DNA of 63,279 bases, counting the filler, from Octopus bimaculoides (taxonomy: Eukaryota), in the NCBI RefSeq assembly GCF_001194135.2. It is 4 parts of 4 records of this genome, joined end to end, with 100 filler letters (N's around TTAATTAATTAA, not from the genome) between each part and the next. Parts side by side here need not be neighbours in the genome. Positions count along the whole stretch, not along the records: positions 48,731 to 63,279 come from NC_069007.1; 3 more parts are not named here. The stretch is one strand, 5' to 3'. The notes under the pieces are model-generated. The model did no database searches, was not told the DNA's origin, and was given only the letters and a program-made list of their open reading frames with translations. Below, in pieces: positions 50,480-63,279 of this stretch. The number at the start of each line of letters is the position of its first letter. Position 1 is the stretch's first letter. A program made the position numbers and the translations under genes.

Positions 50480-51040
50480 GGCGGAATGCTTAGCAAACCA
50501 GACAAAATACTTAGCGGAATCTTGTCCGTCTTTACGTTCCGAGATCGAATTCCACCGAGGTATATTTTGCCTTTCATCATTTCGTGGTCGGTAAAATAAG
50601 GTTCTGTTGCGCCCTGGGGTTAATATGATCAGCTCAACCCCTCCGCCGTAATTCCTGGCCTTGCTTTGTGCTAAAATTCGAATCCGATATCTGGTGTCTT
50701 ACTATCTACTATATCCAAAGGCGTTGAACTGAGAGAATTGTTACCGACTCGGACAAAATACTTCGTTGCCTTTCTCTCAGTTCAAATTCCTCCGCGCGTG
50801 TGTGTGCGTGTGTGTCCCCGCGTGTGTGTGTCTCAGTGTCTGTGTTTGTCCTCAACCATCGCTTGACAACCGTTGCTGGTATGTTTAAATCCCCGTAACA
50901 TAGTGGCTCGGCAAAACGAGTCTGATTGAATAAATACCAGGCATAACAAAAATTAATTACTGGGGTCGATTCATTCGACTAGAAAAATTCTTCAAGGCTG
51001 CGATCCAGCATGACCGCGAACTATTTTATCTTTTATTAAA
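50480..51040 (+). mobile_element. Adjacent SINE copies (second family 50480-50700; bipartite 3' half 50830-51040)
   Basis: Family core sequences recognised as above. Confidence 0.75.
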
Positions 51041-52025
51041 AGATAAAGATTAAGATATAACAATATTCTAAAAGAAGTAAAAACACTTTAGGTCTTCACT
51101 ATCCAACAGTAAAACAACACCAGAGACTCAGCGCTACACGGCCGCCATTTTAGTCCAGCCGTATCAAACAAACAAGCAACTAAAACAACCTCCAGCCCAT
51201 GCCGGTTGTTTTAACTCAATATGTTTATATTGCTACATAATTAAGTAGAAAGACTGTACAATAATCTGCCTCATACTAAGTGTAATAAGCGCAAGTACTA
51301 AAATATCTGCTGTTCTCTAGGCAATCACTACCACGACCACTATAACAGCCACGACTTCCACCACCACTACAACACGCAACGCCATTTCACCTCAGACCAC
51401 CGAGATACGATGTTATTCAAACAAATTACAAGCGGAAATAATCGATTAGTTATTGATTAGGGTATTGAGAAATATTGAAAGTTTATTAGCCGAATTATAG
51501 CAGAAGGAAAAAGAAAAAAAGAGAAAATCATATTATAAGGAAACATATATATNNNNNNNNNNNNNNNNNNNNNNNNNNNNNNNNNNNNNNNNNNNNNNNN
51601 NNNNNNNNNNNNNNNNNNNNNNNNNNNNNNNNNNNNNNNNNNNNNNNNNNNNNNNNNNNNNNNNNNNNNNNNNNNNNNNNNNNNNNNNNNNNNNNNNNNN
51701 NNNNNNNNNNNNNNNNNNNNNNNNNNNNNNNNNNNNNNNNNNNNNNNNNNNNNNNNNNNNNNNNNNNNNNNNNNNNNNNNNNNNNNNNNNNNNNNNNNNN
51801 NNNNNNNNNNNNNNNNNNNNNNNNNNNNNNNNNNNNNNNNNNNNNNNNNNNNNNNNNNNNNNNNNNNNNNNNNNNNNNNNNNNNNNNNNNNNNNNNNNNN
51901 NNNNNNNNNNNNNNNNNNNNNNNNNNNNNNNNNNNNNNNNNNNNNNNNNNNNNNNNNNNNNNNNNNNNNNNNNNNNNNNNNNNNNNNNNNNNNNNNNNNN
52001 NNNNNNNNNNNNNNNNNNNNNNNNN

Positions 52026-52063
<38 letters not shown>

Positions 52064-52377
52064 ATGTATATAGGGAGAGGGAGAGAGAGAGAGGGATTAT
52101 ATATATATGTATATACAATGTATATATATATATTTGTGTGTATGTGTGTGTGCATATATATATGTATATGTGTATTTATGCACTTAAATGTATTCATATG
52201 TACACGTACACTCATGTACACACACATTGTATATATATAATACTTATATTTGTGTGTGTATATATATATATGTATGTGTGTTTGTGCACATGCTTATATA
52301 CATATAAGCATACATATGTACATACATACATACATGCATAGATAGATATATGTATACACACAGATACACTATACGCT

Positions 52378-52415
<38 letters not shown>

Positions 52416-52888
52416 TATGCGTGTGTGTATGTGTGTGTGTGTGTTTCTGCGTGTTTACACGCAAGGGAAATAACCGAGCGATATTGGATCAGAAACGCTT
52501 CTCATATATATTAATTTAGTGACAGATTTACAACAAGAACTCAAACGCTAGCCTGCTAGGCAAGCTCACCTCGAAGTTGTTGCCTCTGTCAGAATTGTTC
52601 TTGTTCTTGTTGTCGTCTTCGCCGCCATTGTCATCGTCGCTGTTGCTTCTGTTGTTACTGTTGCCGTCGTTCTCTACTACGTTCCATTTCTTTCCTCTTC
52701 CAAATGCTGCCGAGGTCATCTTTGATATTGGCACCCTCTACGTAATCGGCGAAACTAAAGTAAGGCAGAGCATTAAACTGGATTTGTCAGCCATCCACAC
52801 ATAGCTGTTTCTCCGTAGTTGTTCGGTTTCTGCGAGCTCTGCTTTCAAATCGGATGTTTTACGAGTGAAAAATTCCTCTTCCCCACTG

Positions 52889-52945
<57 letters not shown>

Positions 52946-55900
52946 GTTTATCTATCAACCTACCGACCTATCTATTTCTCTAATTATCTTTCAATATCTT
53001 TGTCACTCTAAGATTTTAACTGTGTTCCTAATTTCTCTGTTTCTCTGTTTCTCTTTCCCTCTCTCTCGATGTATCTGTCTATCTGGTACTTTGTTTGTCT
53101 GTCGGTCTGTCTGTTTGTCTCGGTGTCTACTACTGATGTTACTTTGTTTACATTCCCGTAATGTATTACCTCGGTGTAAGAGACATATACAATACGTGCA
53201 AAATTTTTTAAATGCCAAGTTATAGAGTCGATATTTCGACTAAATAAAACACCACTAATTCGAAGCCCAGGCATGGCTGCAGTCCAATGACTGAAACCAG
53301 TAAAAGTTACAAGATACACACACACATATTCACGCACACCTGAGATAGACACACACATGCACTCACAATTACATAGAGAGACAATTTCTTTTAATTTTTC
53401 TTACATAAACACACACAAACAGGCGCATGATAACGTGCGCCATCTCACTTACGCCTACGCAAGAACGGAATATTCACAAGCACACATACACACACACACT
53501 CGCTTACGCACACACACAAACATACCCAAAAACAAACATGAGCTCAGAAATTGTAGCACTTGTACATACGTAGAGTTTCACCTTTCTCTTAAAAGCGCAC
53601 ACACATAATCGCGCGCCATATACCTCGTAGGAACACAAGAAACACAATCGCGCGCGCGCGCAAATACCACACACACGGGCACGAACACACAACCACACAC
53701 AGAAAGGCCATCTTATGCACACTCACGGTCACAGACCCAAAAGCGTTCACCTCCATTTTAAAGACATACCTAAATGCAACCGAGCGCCATCTACTTGCTT
53801 CATGCACAAGAAACCCATATTCACACACACACATACACAAATAAACACGTATACAAATATACATACAAAGACACGCACACATGTGATCTTATACACTCTC
53901 ACGCTCACACACAGACAAGCGTTCACCACGATTTTAACCACATACCTACAAGCAAACGCGGGCCGTACACATACACACATACCAAATTACACAAGGAAAC
54001 TCAAGCATGGTAATGCGTACTCACAAACACTCACACATGCCACAAATATGACAGTGAATGTTGTAAGCCGACACAATCTTGCCTTAAAATATTGAATTAT
54101 TACTGTCAGAAGACGAAGTGGGAATTTTCGCCACGAAATGAAAGCGAAAATTGATATACGACCATTGTCGCCATCTTAGCTCTTACACAAACTGACAATG
54201 AGCCAGGCGAGCGCGAAGCGTTGATTAACACCTCCTAGTAATAATATGTACACACAAAGATAGGTTACTTTGTGACTTAATCTGCATATATTGAATACGG
54301 ATGTCTCTGCACCCAGACTCGAAAATGTCCGGCTATTTGACCTCGTTGCAAAATTGTTGCAGGTAGTCTTGTTGTTGATGATTGTTTCGTAATGGTGATG
54401 GGAGTGGCGGTTGTGTTAATGATGGTTGTGTTGGTGGTTGTGGTTGTGCTGGCGGTGGTGGTGGTGGTGGTAATGGTTGTACTGCTAGTGCCGCTGGTGA
54501 TGCTTTCTATCTAGAAGATATATTCGCGTTAGATAACACGTTCTTGGGTGAAATGTGTTTTGGATTAACGAACACACGATGACATGGCTGCCTGCAATAC
54601 ATTTGGTGAAAGACATGCTTCATGAGCGCTGACNNNNNNNNNNNNNNNNNNNNNNNNNNNNNNNNNNNNNNNNNNNNNNNNNNNNNNNNNNNNNNNNNNN
54701 NNNNNNNNNNNNNNNNNNNNNNNNTAGCTGTGATGGTGGTGGTCTTTCTGATGTATGCTGTCGTTGTTGCCAATATGTTTGGTTGTGAATGTGATGATAA
54801 TGACGATGATGATGGCAGCGGTGGTGGTGGTGTTTGTGGTGGTGGAGGTGGTGGCGGCGGTGGTGGTGGTGGTGGTAATGGTTGTACTGCTAGTGCCGCT
54901 GGTGATGCTTTCTATCTAGAAGATATATTCGCGTTAGATAACACGTTCTTGGGTGAAATGTGTTTTGGATTAACGAACACACGATGACATGGCTGCCTGC
55001 AATACATTTGGTGAAAGACATGCTTCATGAGCGCTGACGGAGAACTAAAGAACAATGACAGCCACAAAAAACAGCAACAGCAACAACAAACACAAAAACA
55101 GCAGCAGCAACAACAATATCTACAACGCCATTGTTTGTAGAGTGCCTTAAACGCAATTCGCATTGGGAATTGAATTCAGGCCCAATAATCATGAAGGTTT
55201 TGAACATAAATACTCAGAGACAAACTTATGAAGGATATACGCCAGGATTCCTATTTCTTTCCTGCCTGTATTATTTTGGGAAACTAAAAACAAACATAAC
55301 TAAAAACTAAAAGAAAACTGAAAACGAACTGGTGAATTCTAACGAAGTTTTAATGAGCAGTTATCTCGTTGCAGAATGTGATTTGTTGCAAATTGAAGAC
55401 ATTGGAAATATATCGGTGCTGTTAGGTTTATATACCCCAAAGGATCATGATAGAATCTTGGGAGTTTCATCATAATAATTCTATGTCGATGTGTTGGAAA
55501 AACGTGGGATCAAATTAAAGTATTTAATGCATAATTTAAATACAGAGTAGTCGTAGTAAATGCGGGATTACTACAGAGTAATGCTTAAAGTCTCTTACGG
55601 CTGTTTCTAACATAGCTGAACATGTGCAGCATTTATCATTAACTAAAAATTTCCAAGTAAGCTAACTATTTCATCTTCGGAGAGAAAGGATTAGAGAACA
55701 TGCATAATCATTTTTTTTAATGTTTCAGAGAGGAAGTAAGAGAGAAAGGGAGAGAGGGGGAAATAGATAGTGAGAGAGAAAGGGAAAGGATGAGAGTGGA
55801 AGGGAGAGAGTGAAAGAGATAGTGAGTAGTGACATCGTTCGTTTTCTGTTTTTAAATGATTATCTAGGTCAAATGTTTCTTTTGGCTGTCTCTACACGTA

Positions 55901-56608
55901 TACTCGATTGGTGGTCAGAAATCAGGTAAAGGATGACTCGTCCGAGAAAATAACATTCTTCCACTGCTCTAGGGACCGATTCTGTAGGTTTTTACTCCAT
56001 TCTAGATGCTTTCCAACGTTTGCTTTTGAANNNNNNNNNNNNNNNNNNNNNNNNNNNNNNNNNNNNNNNNNNNNNNNNNNNNNNNNNNNNNNNNNNNNNN
56101 NNNNNNNNNNNNNNNNNNNNNNNNNNNNNNNNNNNNNNNNNNNNNNNNNNNNNNNNNNNNNNNNNNNNNNNNNNNNNNNNNNNNNNNNNNNNNNNNNNNN
56201 NNNNNNNNNNNNNNNNNNNNNNNNNNNNNNNNNNNNNNNNNNNNNNNNNNNNNNNNNNNNNNNNNNNNNNNNNNNNNNNNNNNNNNNNNNNNNNNNNNNN
56301 NNNNNNNNNNNNNNNNNNNNNNNNNNNNNNNNNNNNNNNNNNNNNNNNNNNNNNNNNNNNNNNNNNNNNNNNNNNNNNNNNNNNNNNNNNNNNNNNNNNN
56401 NNNNNNNNNNNNNNNNNNNNNNNNNNNNNNNNNNNNNNNNNNNNNNNNNNNNNNNNNNNNNNNNNNNNNNNNNNNNNNNNNNNNNNNNNNNNNNNNNNNN
56501 NNNNNNNNNNNNNNNNNNNNNNNNNNNNNNNNNNNNNNNNNNNNNNNNNNNNNNNNNNNNNNNNNNNNNNNNNNNNNNNNNNNNNNNNNNNNNNNNNNNN
56601 NNNNNNNN

Positions 56609-56652
<44 letters not shown>

Positions 56653-56885
56653 ATGTATATTTCGGTTCTATATATGCGCGTCTCTACTTGTATCTATATT
56701 CGACCGTTTATATACCTGTGTCGATGTACATATGTCCATATATATACATAAACGAGTTTGTCTATGCTTCTTTGAGAGGTTGCATATGTAATATATATTT
56801 GTATGTGCAGCTGTCCGCATTTTTGTTCGTGTTGATTTCGTATATATCATATATCATCTTATTATCATTGTTGTTGTGATTATTA

Positions 56886-56955
<70 letters not shown>

Positions 56956-58744
56956 TAATATTAAGATCATTATTATCAGCATCATCATTCTCATAATCAT
57001 CATCATTGATATTATTATTACTATTATATTTTTTATTGCAGCTGAATATTTTCCTTTATTTTCGTTTTTATATATTCCGAGCCAATATCGTATTTATATT
57101 AAATCGAGCGTTTAAAGTGTAACAGAAATAAATATAGAAATGTAGGAAAAAAATCGACAAAATATATAGAAAAAATAAATACACACACACACAAACACAG
57201 ACACACACACACATACACACACACACACACAAACACACGCACATATGAATATACACTCCCGCATACACAAACACACACACACACAAATATACTTCCTCAT
57301 GCACACACATATAAATTTGATGGCGATATATATTGAAAAATGTAGATAAATTTATAAGACACAAAAAATACTATGAATTCAGCGTAAGAACCATAACGTG
57401 AAGGTAAGATCTGATATACAGGACGGGAAATNNNNNNNNNNNNNNNNNNNNNNNNNNNNNNNNNNNNNNNNNNNNNNNNNNNNNNNNNNNNNNNNNNNNN
57501 NNNNNNNNNNNNNNNNNNNNNNNNNNNNNNNNNNNNNNNNNNNNNNNNNNNNNNNNNNNNNNNNNNNNNNNNNNNNNNNNNNNNNNNNNNNNNNNNNNNN
57601 NNNNNNNNNNNNNNNNNNNNNNNNNNNNNNNNNNNNNNNNNNNNNNNNNNNNNNNNNNNNNNNNNNNNNNNNNNNNNNNNNNNNNNNNNNNNNNNNNNNN
57701 NNNNNNNNNNNNNNNNNNNNNNNNNNNNNNNNNNNNNNNNNNNNNNNNNNNNNNNNNNNNNNNNNNNNNNNNNNNNNNNNNNNNNNNNNNNNNNNNNNNN
57801 NNNNNNNNNNNNNNNNNNNNNNNNNNNNNNNNNNNNNNNNNNNNNNNNNNNNNNNNNNNNNNNNNNNNNNNNNNNNNNNNNNNNNNNNNNNNNNNNNNNN
57901 NNNNNNNNNNNNNNNNNNNNNNNNNNNNNNNNNNNNNNNNNNNNNNNNNNNNNNNNNNNNNNNNNNNNNNNNNNNNNNNNNNNNNNNNNNNNNNNNNNNN
58001 NNNNNNNNNNNNNNNNNNNNNNNNNNNNNNNNNNNNNNNNNNNNNNNNNNNNNNNNNNNNNNNNNNNNNNNNNNNNNNNNNNNNNNNNNNNNNNNNNNNN
58101 NNNNNNNNNNNNNNNNNNNNNNNNNNNNNNNNNNNNNNNNNNNNNNNNNNNNNNNNNNNNNNNNNNNNNNNNNNNNNNNNNNNNNNNNNNNNNNNNNNNN
58201 NNNNNNNNNNNNNNNNNNNNNNNNNNNNNNNNNNNNNNNNNNNNNNNNNNNNNNNNNNNNNNNNNNNNNNNNNNNNNNNNNNNNNNNNNNNNNNNNNNNN
58301 NNNNNNNNNNNNNNNNNNNNNNNNNNNNNNNNNNNNNNNNNNNNNNNNNNNNNNNNNNNNNNNNNNNNNNNNNTATATATATACATATACATATGTATAT
58401 ATATATATGTATACATATATATACATATACACACGCACACACATATATATTTATTTATATATATATATATACACACACATATGTACGTTTGTATGTATGT
58501 CTCTATATGTATATACCTTCTGCGCGTGTATGAATATATAGGTTTTGATTTTTATTTCCAATTATTTCAAGTCAATCGTATAAAATCTTTGCGTACAAAC
58601 TCGGGAGTGCTTATGTGGGCAATTTGATATTTTGCTAAACGTTCTCCATCTATCTATGTTTCCTAAAATATATTAAATGTCCCACAATATCGTAACAACA
58701 ACAAAAACGTTGACAATGATTATAGTAATGTTAATAGTAAAAAC

Positions 58745-58865
58745 AAATTGAATAATAATAATAGTAACAACATCAACAATAATAATAAGAAGAAAAAGAA
58801 TAACAATGATAATAATAATAATAATAGCAATGATGATGATGATGATAATAATAATAATAATAATG

Positions 58866-58914
<49 letters not shown>

Positions 58915-58940
58915 TAATGACAATAATAATAATAGCAATG

Positions 58941-59003
<63 letters not shown>

Positions 59004-59115
59004 GGAAGGATCAGGAAAATGAGAAGGGGGAAGAAATACAAGAAGAAGAAGAAGAAGAAGAAGAAGAAGAAGAAGAAGAAGAAGAAGAAGAAGAAGAAGA
59101 AGAAGAAGAAGAAGG
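58745..59115. repeat. (AAT)n then (AAG)n microsatellites
   Basis: Directly visible. Confidence 0.95.
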
Positions 59116-59695
59116 AAGAAAAAAGAACAACAACAGCACCAAAAACAACAAGAACAAGAACAAAAATATATGGGAAAAAAGAAGTCATTTACCAGAGAGG
59201 TAAGTGAACGTAGAAAGATCCGCTGGCAGAAATTTCTGGCGTTGTTTACATCTGATCGAGTGTGATATGATATGTACAAGAATATAATAGTTTACAAACA
59301 TAAAGAAATAGATTGTCTCTGCAGTGTCTCGGACACCGATCTTCAGTCATGGGGCTCTACATAGTCAGGGTTAGCGATTTTCAGGAAAATTCCAATGCAT
59401 GACATGATGTGCAGACAAATAGGACACTCATTAACGTTAATCCTAGAGATTTTCTATAGTGTTATTTGGTTATGAAGCCGGTGCTGTGATGTAAAACGCA
59501 CTGCTAACACAGTAGATCAAAATATTGACGTATAACAACGTGTAACATTCGCGGTTTCGATTCCCTGGCACTCATTCTTTTGTTCCTTCAATTCGAACCG
59601 CTAAGTTAGCGGGACGTAAACAAACTAGCACGGCTCGTCAAGTGATAGTGGAAGACAAACACAAACACAAAACACACACAGCCAACATAGACACG

Positions 59696-59745
<50 letters not shown>

Positions 59746-60129
59746 TATACATGTGTGTGTGTTACCTGTATTCACTAAAGACTATATATTCTGTATAGTC
59801 ACATAATTTAATTATTCCGTATTATCACAAAAGTCTGACTTCATTTTATTCATTTGGAACCAATGAAGACTTGAATCCCGCCCACCCGATCTCTGAACAC
59901 TGGCAGAAATATGACATATTTATGATCTATAGACGAAGGCTAAGTTCACGGAATGCCGTCAGGCTACTTATCTAAAGTCTCAGAATTTCAAAAGACCAAA
60001 GAGATACTCCGAATATTATAGTCACTGCTTTTGTTGATGACGACATTGTCAATGTATTAGACTGATAAGATTAACGATCTCGTTGATTAACAAGAGTGTC
60101 GGTGTTATTACAGCGAGATGTAGATTGAG

Positions 60130-60420
60130 ATAGTCAAAAGCACCGCGGAGTCATTACGAGAAGTCCGAAAACGACACACATTCACTTGATTGGACAGTGG
60201 TTCCCAATCCATCGTACATCCCAGGTATGGCGCCATCTGAAGTGAACCTCTTCCCTTCAAACGACATCGATGCTAGACAATAACGATTTGATGAATGAAG
60301 CGTGTGAGAATTTCAATGCTATAAAACTCGCTTCGACAATAACTATCTGAATGTTTAGATCACAATGGCGCAAATACATCGCTTGTGAAGGAGCCTACTT
60401 TAAAACATTGGAAGAATTCT
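60130..60420 (+). mobile_element. Mariner transposase C-terminal remnant
   Basis: LDWTVVPNPSYIPGMAPSEVNLFP (YSPDLAPSD motif) and QWRKYIACEGAYF (RWxKCIxxxGxYF terminus). Confidence 0.8.
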
Positions 60421-60584
60421 CCATTTGAGGGAAAATAAGTACATTTAGATAGAGCTGGTGTTATGGAACCAAGATGTGCAATCTGAACGTCTTATATCAT
60501 TCTATATAAAACTTATCCCAACTTCCGTCGTTTTTTCAGTATAACCTACAGATATATGTTTGTGTATACATGTAGCTAAGGATG

Positions 60585-61010
60585 TGTTTACGTCATCGTT
60601 CATTTTTATTTCGAGATTTCTTGTCATTAGAGAAAGAGCCGGTTTCTAAACTAGATTCAAGGCTATGTAACACACTGTCTAAATACCAATCCTGGGAAAC
60701 TAGGCTTCTCAAATCAAAACCAGAAAGGAGAAAACAATAAGAAGACTACAGATCCAATCCATCACTGAAAGTGCAAAACTTCCTAGAATTTTACCATTTT
60801 AATATACATGAGTATGTCTAGATATGCAACTATAGGCATGAGAATACATACATGACACAAAACATACAAATCTTCACATATACATACATACATATAAACA
60901 AAACTACTTTGGTTTTGATGTTGAAATTCCAATGAAGGAGCCTAGGTTAGAAACCGGCTCATTCTCTCTTGGCATGAAATCTTGAAATAAAACTGAACAA
61001 TGACATACGT
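60585..61010. repeat. Inverted pair of a short dispersed repeat
   Basis: gtcat.gttca.ttttatttc.agatttc...gagccggtttctaa.ctag at about 60588-60660 (+) and about 60940-61010 (-). Confidence 0.7.
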
Positions 61011-62244
61011 ATATATGAGTGTGTAGGGAATAATAAAGGAACGGACAGAAAGACAGATACAAAATACATATGCATACTTAGGTATATCGCTCTCTCTCAC
61101 TCACACCCGTTACTCTCTCTCTGTGTCTCCCTCCTTTGCTCTCTCTCTCTTTCTCTCTCTCTCTCTATCTCTCTCTCTCTCTCTCTGTATATATATATAT
61201 ATATATATATGTATGTTTGTGTGTGTGTGTCTGTATGTTCTCAAATATTTGTGTGAATGTATCCAACACGTACAACAATATATATAGGTATATAAAAACG
61301 TATAACTAATGCATATATATATATATGTGTGTGTGTGTGTCCGTGCGTGTGTGTCTGTGTATGTGTGTATGCATATATAATTTTGTATATCACTTTAAAT
61401 CCACGAGAGGAAGAATCAATCATGTTTTCTAATCATTACATCATTATAGAATTATTCTTCAGCTTGTGCAATTTTCTCTATATGCATATATATACATACA
61501 TGTATGCATAATATACATCCATATATATANNNNNNNNNNNNNNNNNNNNNNNNNNNNNNNNNNNNNNNNNNNNNNNNNNNNNNNNNNNNNNNNNNNNNNN
61601 NNNNNNNNNNNNNNNNNNNNNNNNNNNNNNNNNNNNNNNNNNNNNNNNNNNNNNNNNNNNNNNNNNNNNNNNNNNNNNNNNNNNNNNNNNNNNNNNNNNN
61701 NNNNNNNNNNNNNNNNNNNNNNNNNNNNNNNNNNNNNNNNNNNNNNNNNNNNNNNNNNNNNNNNNNNNNNNNNNNNNNNNNNNNNNNNNNNNNNNNNNNN
61801 NNNNNNNNNNNNNNNNNNNNNNNNNNNNNNNNNNNNNNNNNNNNNNNNNNNNNNNNNNNNNNNNNNNNNNNNNNNNNNNNNNNNNNNNNNNNNNNNNNNN
61901 NNNNNNNNNNNNNNNNNNNNNNNNNNNNNNNNNNNNNNNNNNNNNNNNNNNNNNNNNNNNNNNNNNNNNNNNNNNNNNNNNNNNNNNNNNNNNNNNNNNN
62001 NNNNNNNNNNNNNNNNNNNNNNNNNNNNNNNNNNNNNNNNNNNNNNNNNNNNNNNNNNNNNNNNNNNNNNNNNNNNNNNNNNNNNNNNNNNNNNNNNNNN
62101 NNNNNNNNNNNNNNNNNNNNNNNNNNNNNNNNNNNNNNNNNNNNNNNNNNNNNNNNNNNNNNNNNNNNNNNNNNNNNNNNNNNNNNNNNNNNNNNNNNNN
62201 NNNNNNNNNNNNNNNNNNNNNNNNNNNNNNNNNNNNNNNNNNNN

Positions 62245-62283
<39 letters not shown>

Positions 62284-63246
62284 AATATATATATATATAT
62301 GTATGCATGTCAGTCTCTCTTTGTCTCTATATCCAGCTCTTTTACTCACTCTATTTCATTCCTTCTCTCCCCTCTCTCTTTCAGTCCTTCTCTCTTTCTC
62401 TCTTTCCCTCTGTCTTTCTCTCTCTTTCATATATGTATATCTGTGTGTCTATGTGTGTGAGTACGTGTGTGTGTGTGTAGCTCTCTCTCTCTGTTACTCT
62501 TCTCTATTCCTCTCTTTCTCTCACTTTCTCTCAATGATTCCTTCTCTCCGTAAATTTCTCAGTTTCAACACAACTTCCTTTACCCTTACTCTTCTTTCTG
62601 TCTATCAGTGTCTCTCTCGCTCTCTCTTTTTCTCTCTCGATCTCTCTCACTCTTTCTCCTTTTTGCTCTCTCACTGTCTCTCCCCCTCTCCGTTTATTAA
62701 TCTTTCCCTTTGTCTTTCTCTCGCTCTTGTCTCTTATCCAACGTAACTTGCTTTTTCACAATGACCTAAACCAGCCTCTCTTCACGCAACCATTTACTAT
62801 TTCGACTTCTGTTCCTCAGAATTAATTTGTCCACTTTACCAATTTCACTCAAGGACCCTTCCTTCATCCATCGCTATTCCGCCTGTCCTAAGTAGAACCT
62901 CATCTACACAGAACATATTCATCTGGCACGCATGCGTCATACATGATAGTGTTGTTTGTTCCTTTTCGAGTCATGTCTGGCTCATAAGGGTCGGTTTCCC
63001 GGTTTCATTGGCTCAATAGGTTCATCACTTGAACAGGACGCCGGTCTGTCGCATGAGCTACCAGATGCAGGAAGAAAGAGTGAAAGTTGTGGCTGAAGAC
63101 TCAGCAGAAATTCGCCATTGCCTTCTGCTGGAGCCGCGTGAAGCTTGGGAGGAAAAGACAGACACAAAGACACATATACATATATATACATATATGCGCG
63201 CGTGTGTGTGTATATATGAGTATGCATATATATATATATATGCATG

Positions 63247-63278
<32 letters not shown>

Positions 63279-63279
63279 T

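Noticed and set aside
55868-55925. 58-bp AG/GT-bounded candidate exon
   Set aside because: All three frames are open, there is no partner exon and no recognisable peptide; it is indistinguishable from chance.
58673-59279. Poly-Asn/Glu/Ile/Tyr ORFs and a GAG|GTAAGT donor near 59200
   Set aside because: (AAT)n and (AAG)n translations. The donor alone has no supporting acceptor or complex coding sequence.
3210-62460. Numerous long ORFs containing X runs or YI/HT/CV/LS dipeptide repeats
   Set aside because: These are artefacts of N gaps and (TA)n, (CA)n, (CT)n and (GATA)n repeats.
62982-63245. 87-aa minus ORF with a pyrimidine-rich acceptor
   Set aside because: The sequence resembles a dispersed SINE-like repeat body, and the peptide has no recognisable motif.

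Overview
Repeat-dense eukaryotic genomic DNA with many N gaps. The SINE families and (TA)n/(CA)n/(GATA)n load look like a cephalopod (Octopus-type) genome, which is inference from recognised repeats. The window is not one contiguous locus: three identical 100-bp spacers (44 N + TTAATTAATTAA + 44 N) at 20577-20676, 41948-42047 and 48631-48730 join four segments. No complete host gene is visible, and almost all ORFs in the supplied track are microsatellite or gap artefacts. Real coding signal comes from decayed transposons: Penelope-like elements (thumb and GIY-YIG), three mariner remnants, a Gypsy-like gag/RT/RNaseH/integrase remnant, RTE, CR1/Jockey-like and R4/Dong-like LINE fragments, and one THAP zinc-finger frame. 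There are also many tRNA-derived SINEs and MITEs. The most interesting candidate is a 250-bp tRNA-headed element at 21841-22090 that carries a minimal Penelope-type hammerhead ribozyme fold and is abutted by an inverted copy of its own tail, suggesting a SINE mobilised by Penelope machinery. A second hammerhead-like fold lies in the 3' end of the Penelope element at 46464-46516. A chain of four phase-compatible candidate exons at 38.9-40.7 kb sits in a CpG-depleted segment. All protein and family assignments come from motif recognition by eye, not from database searches.
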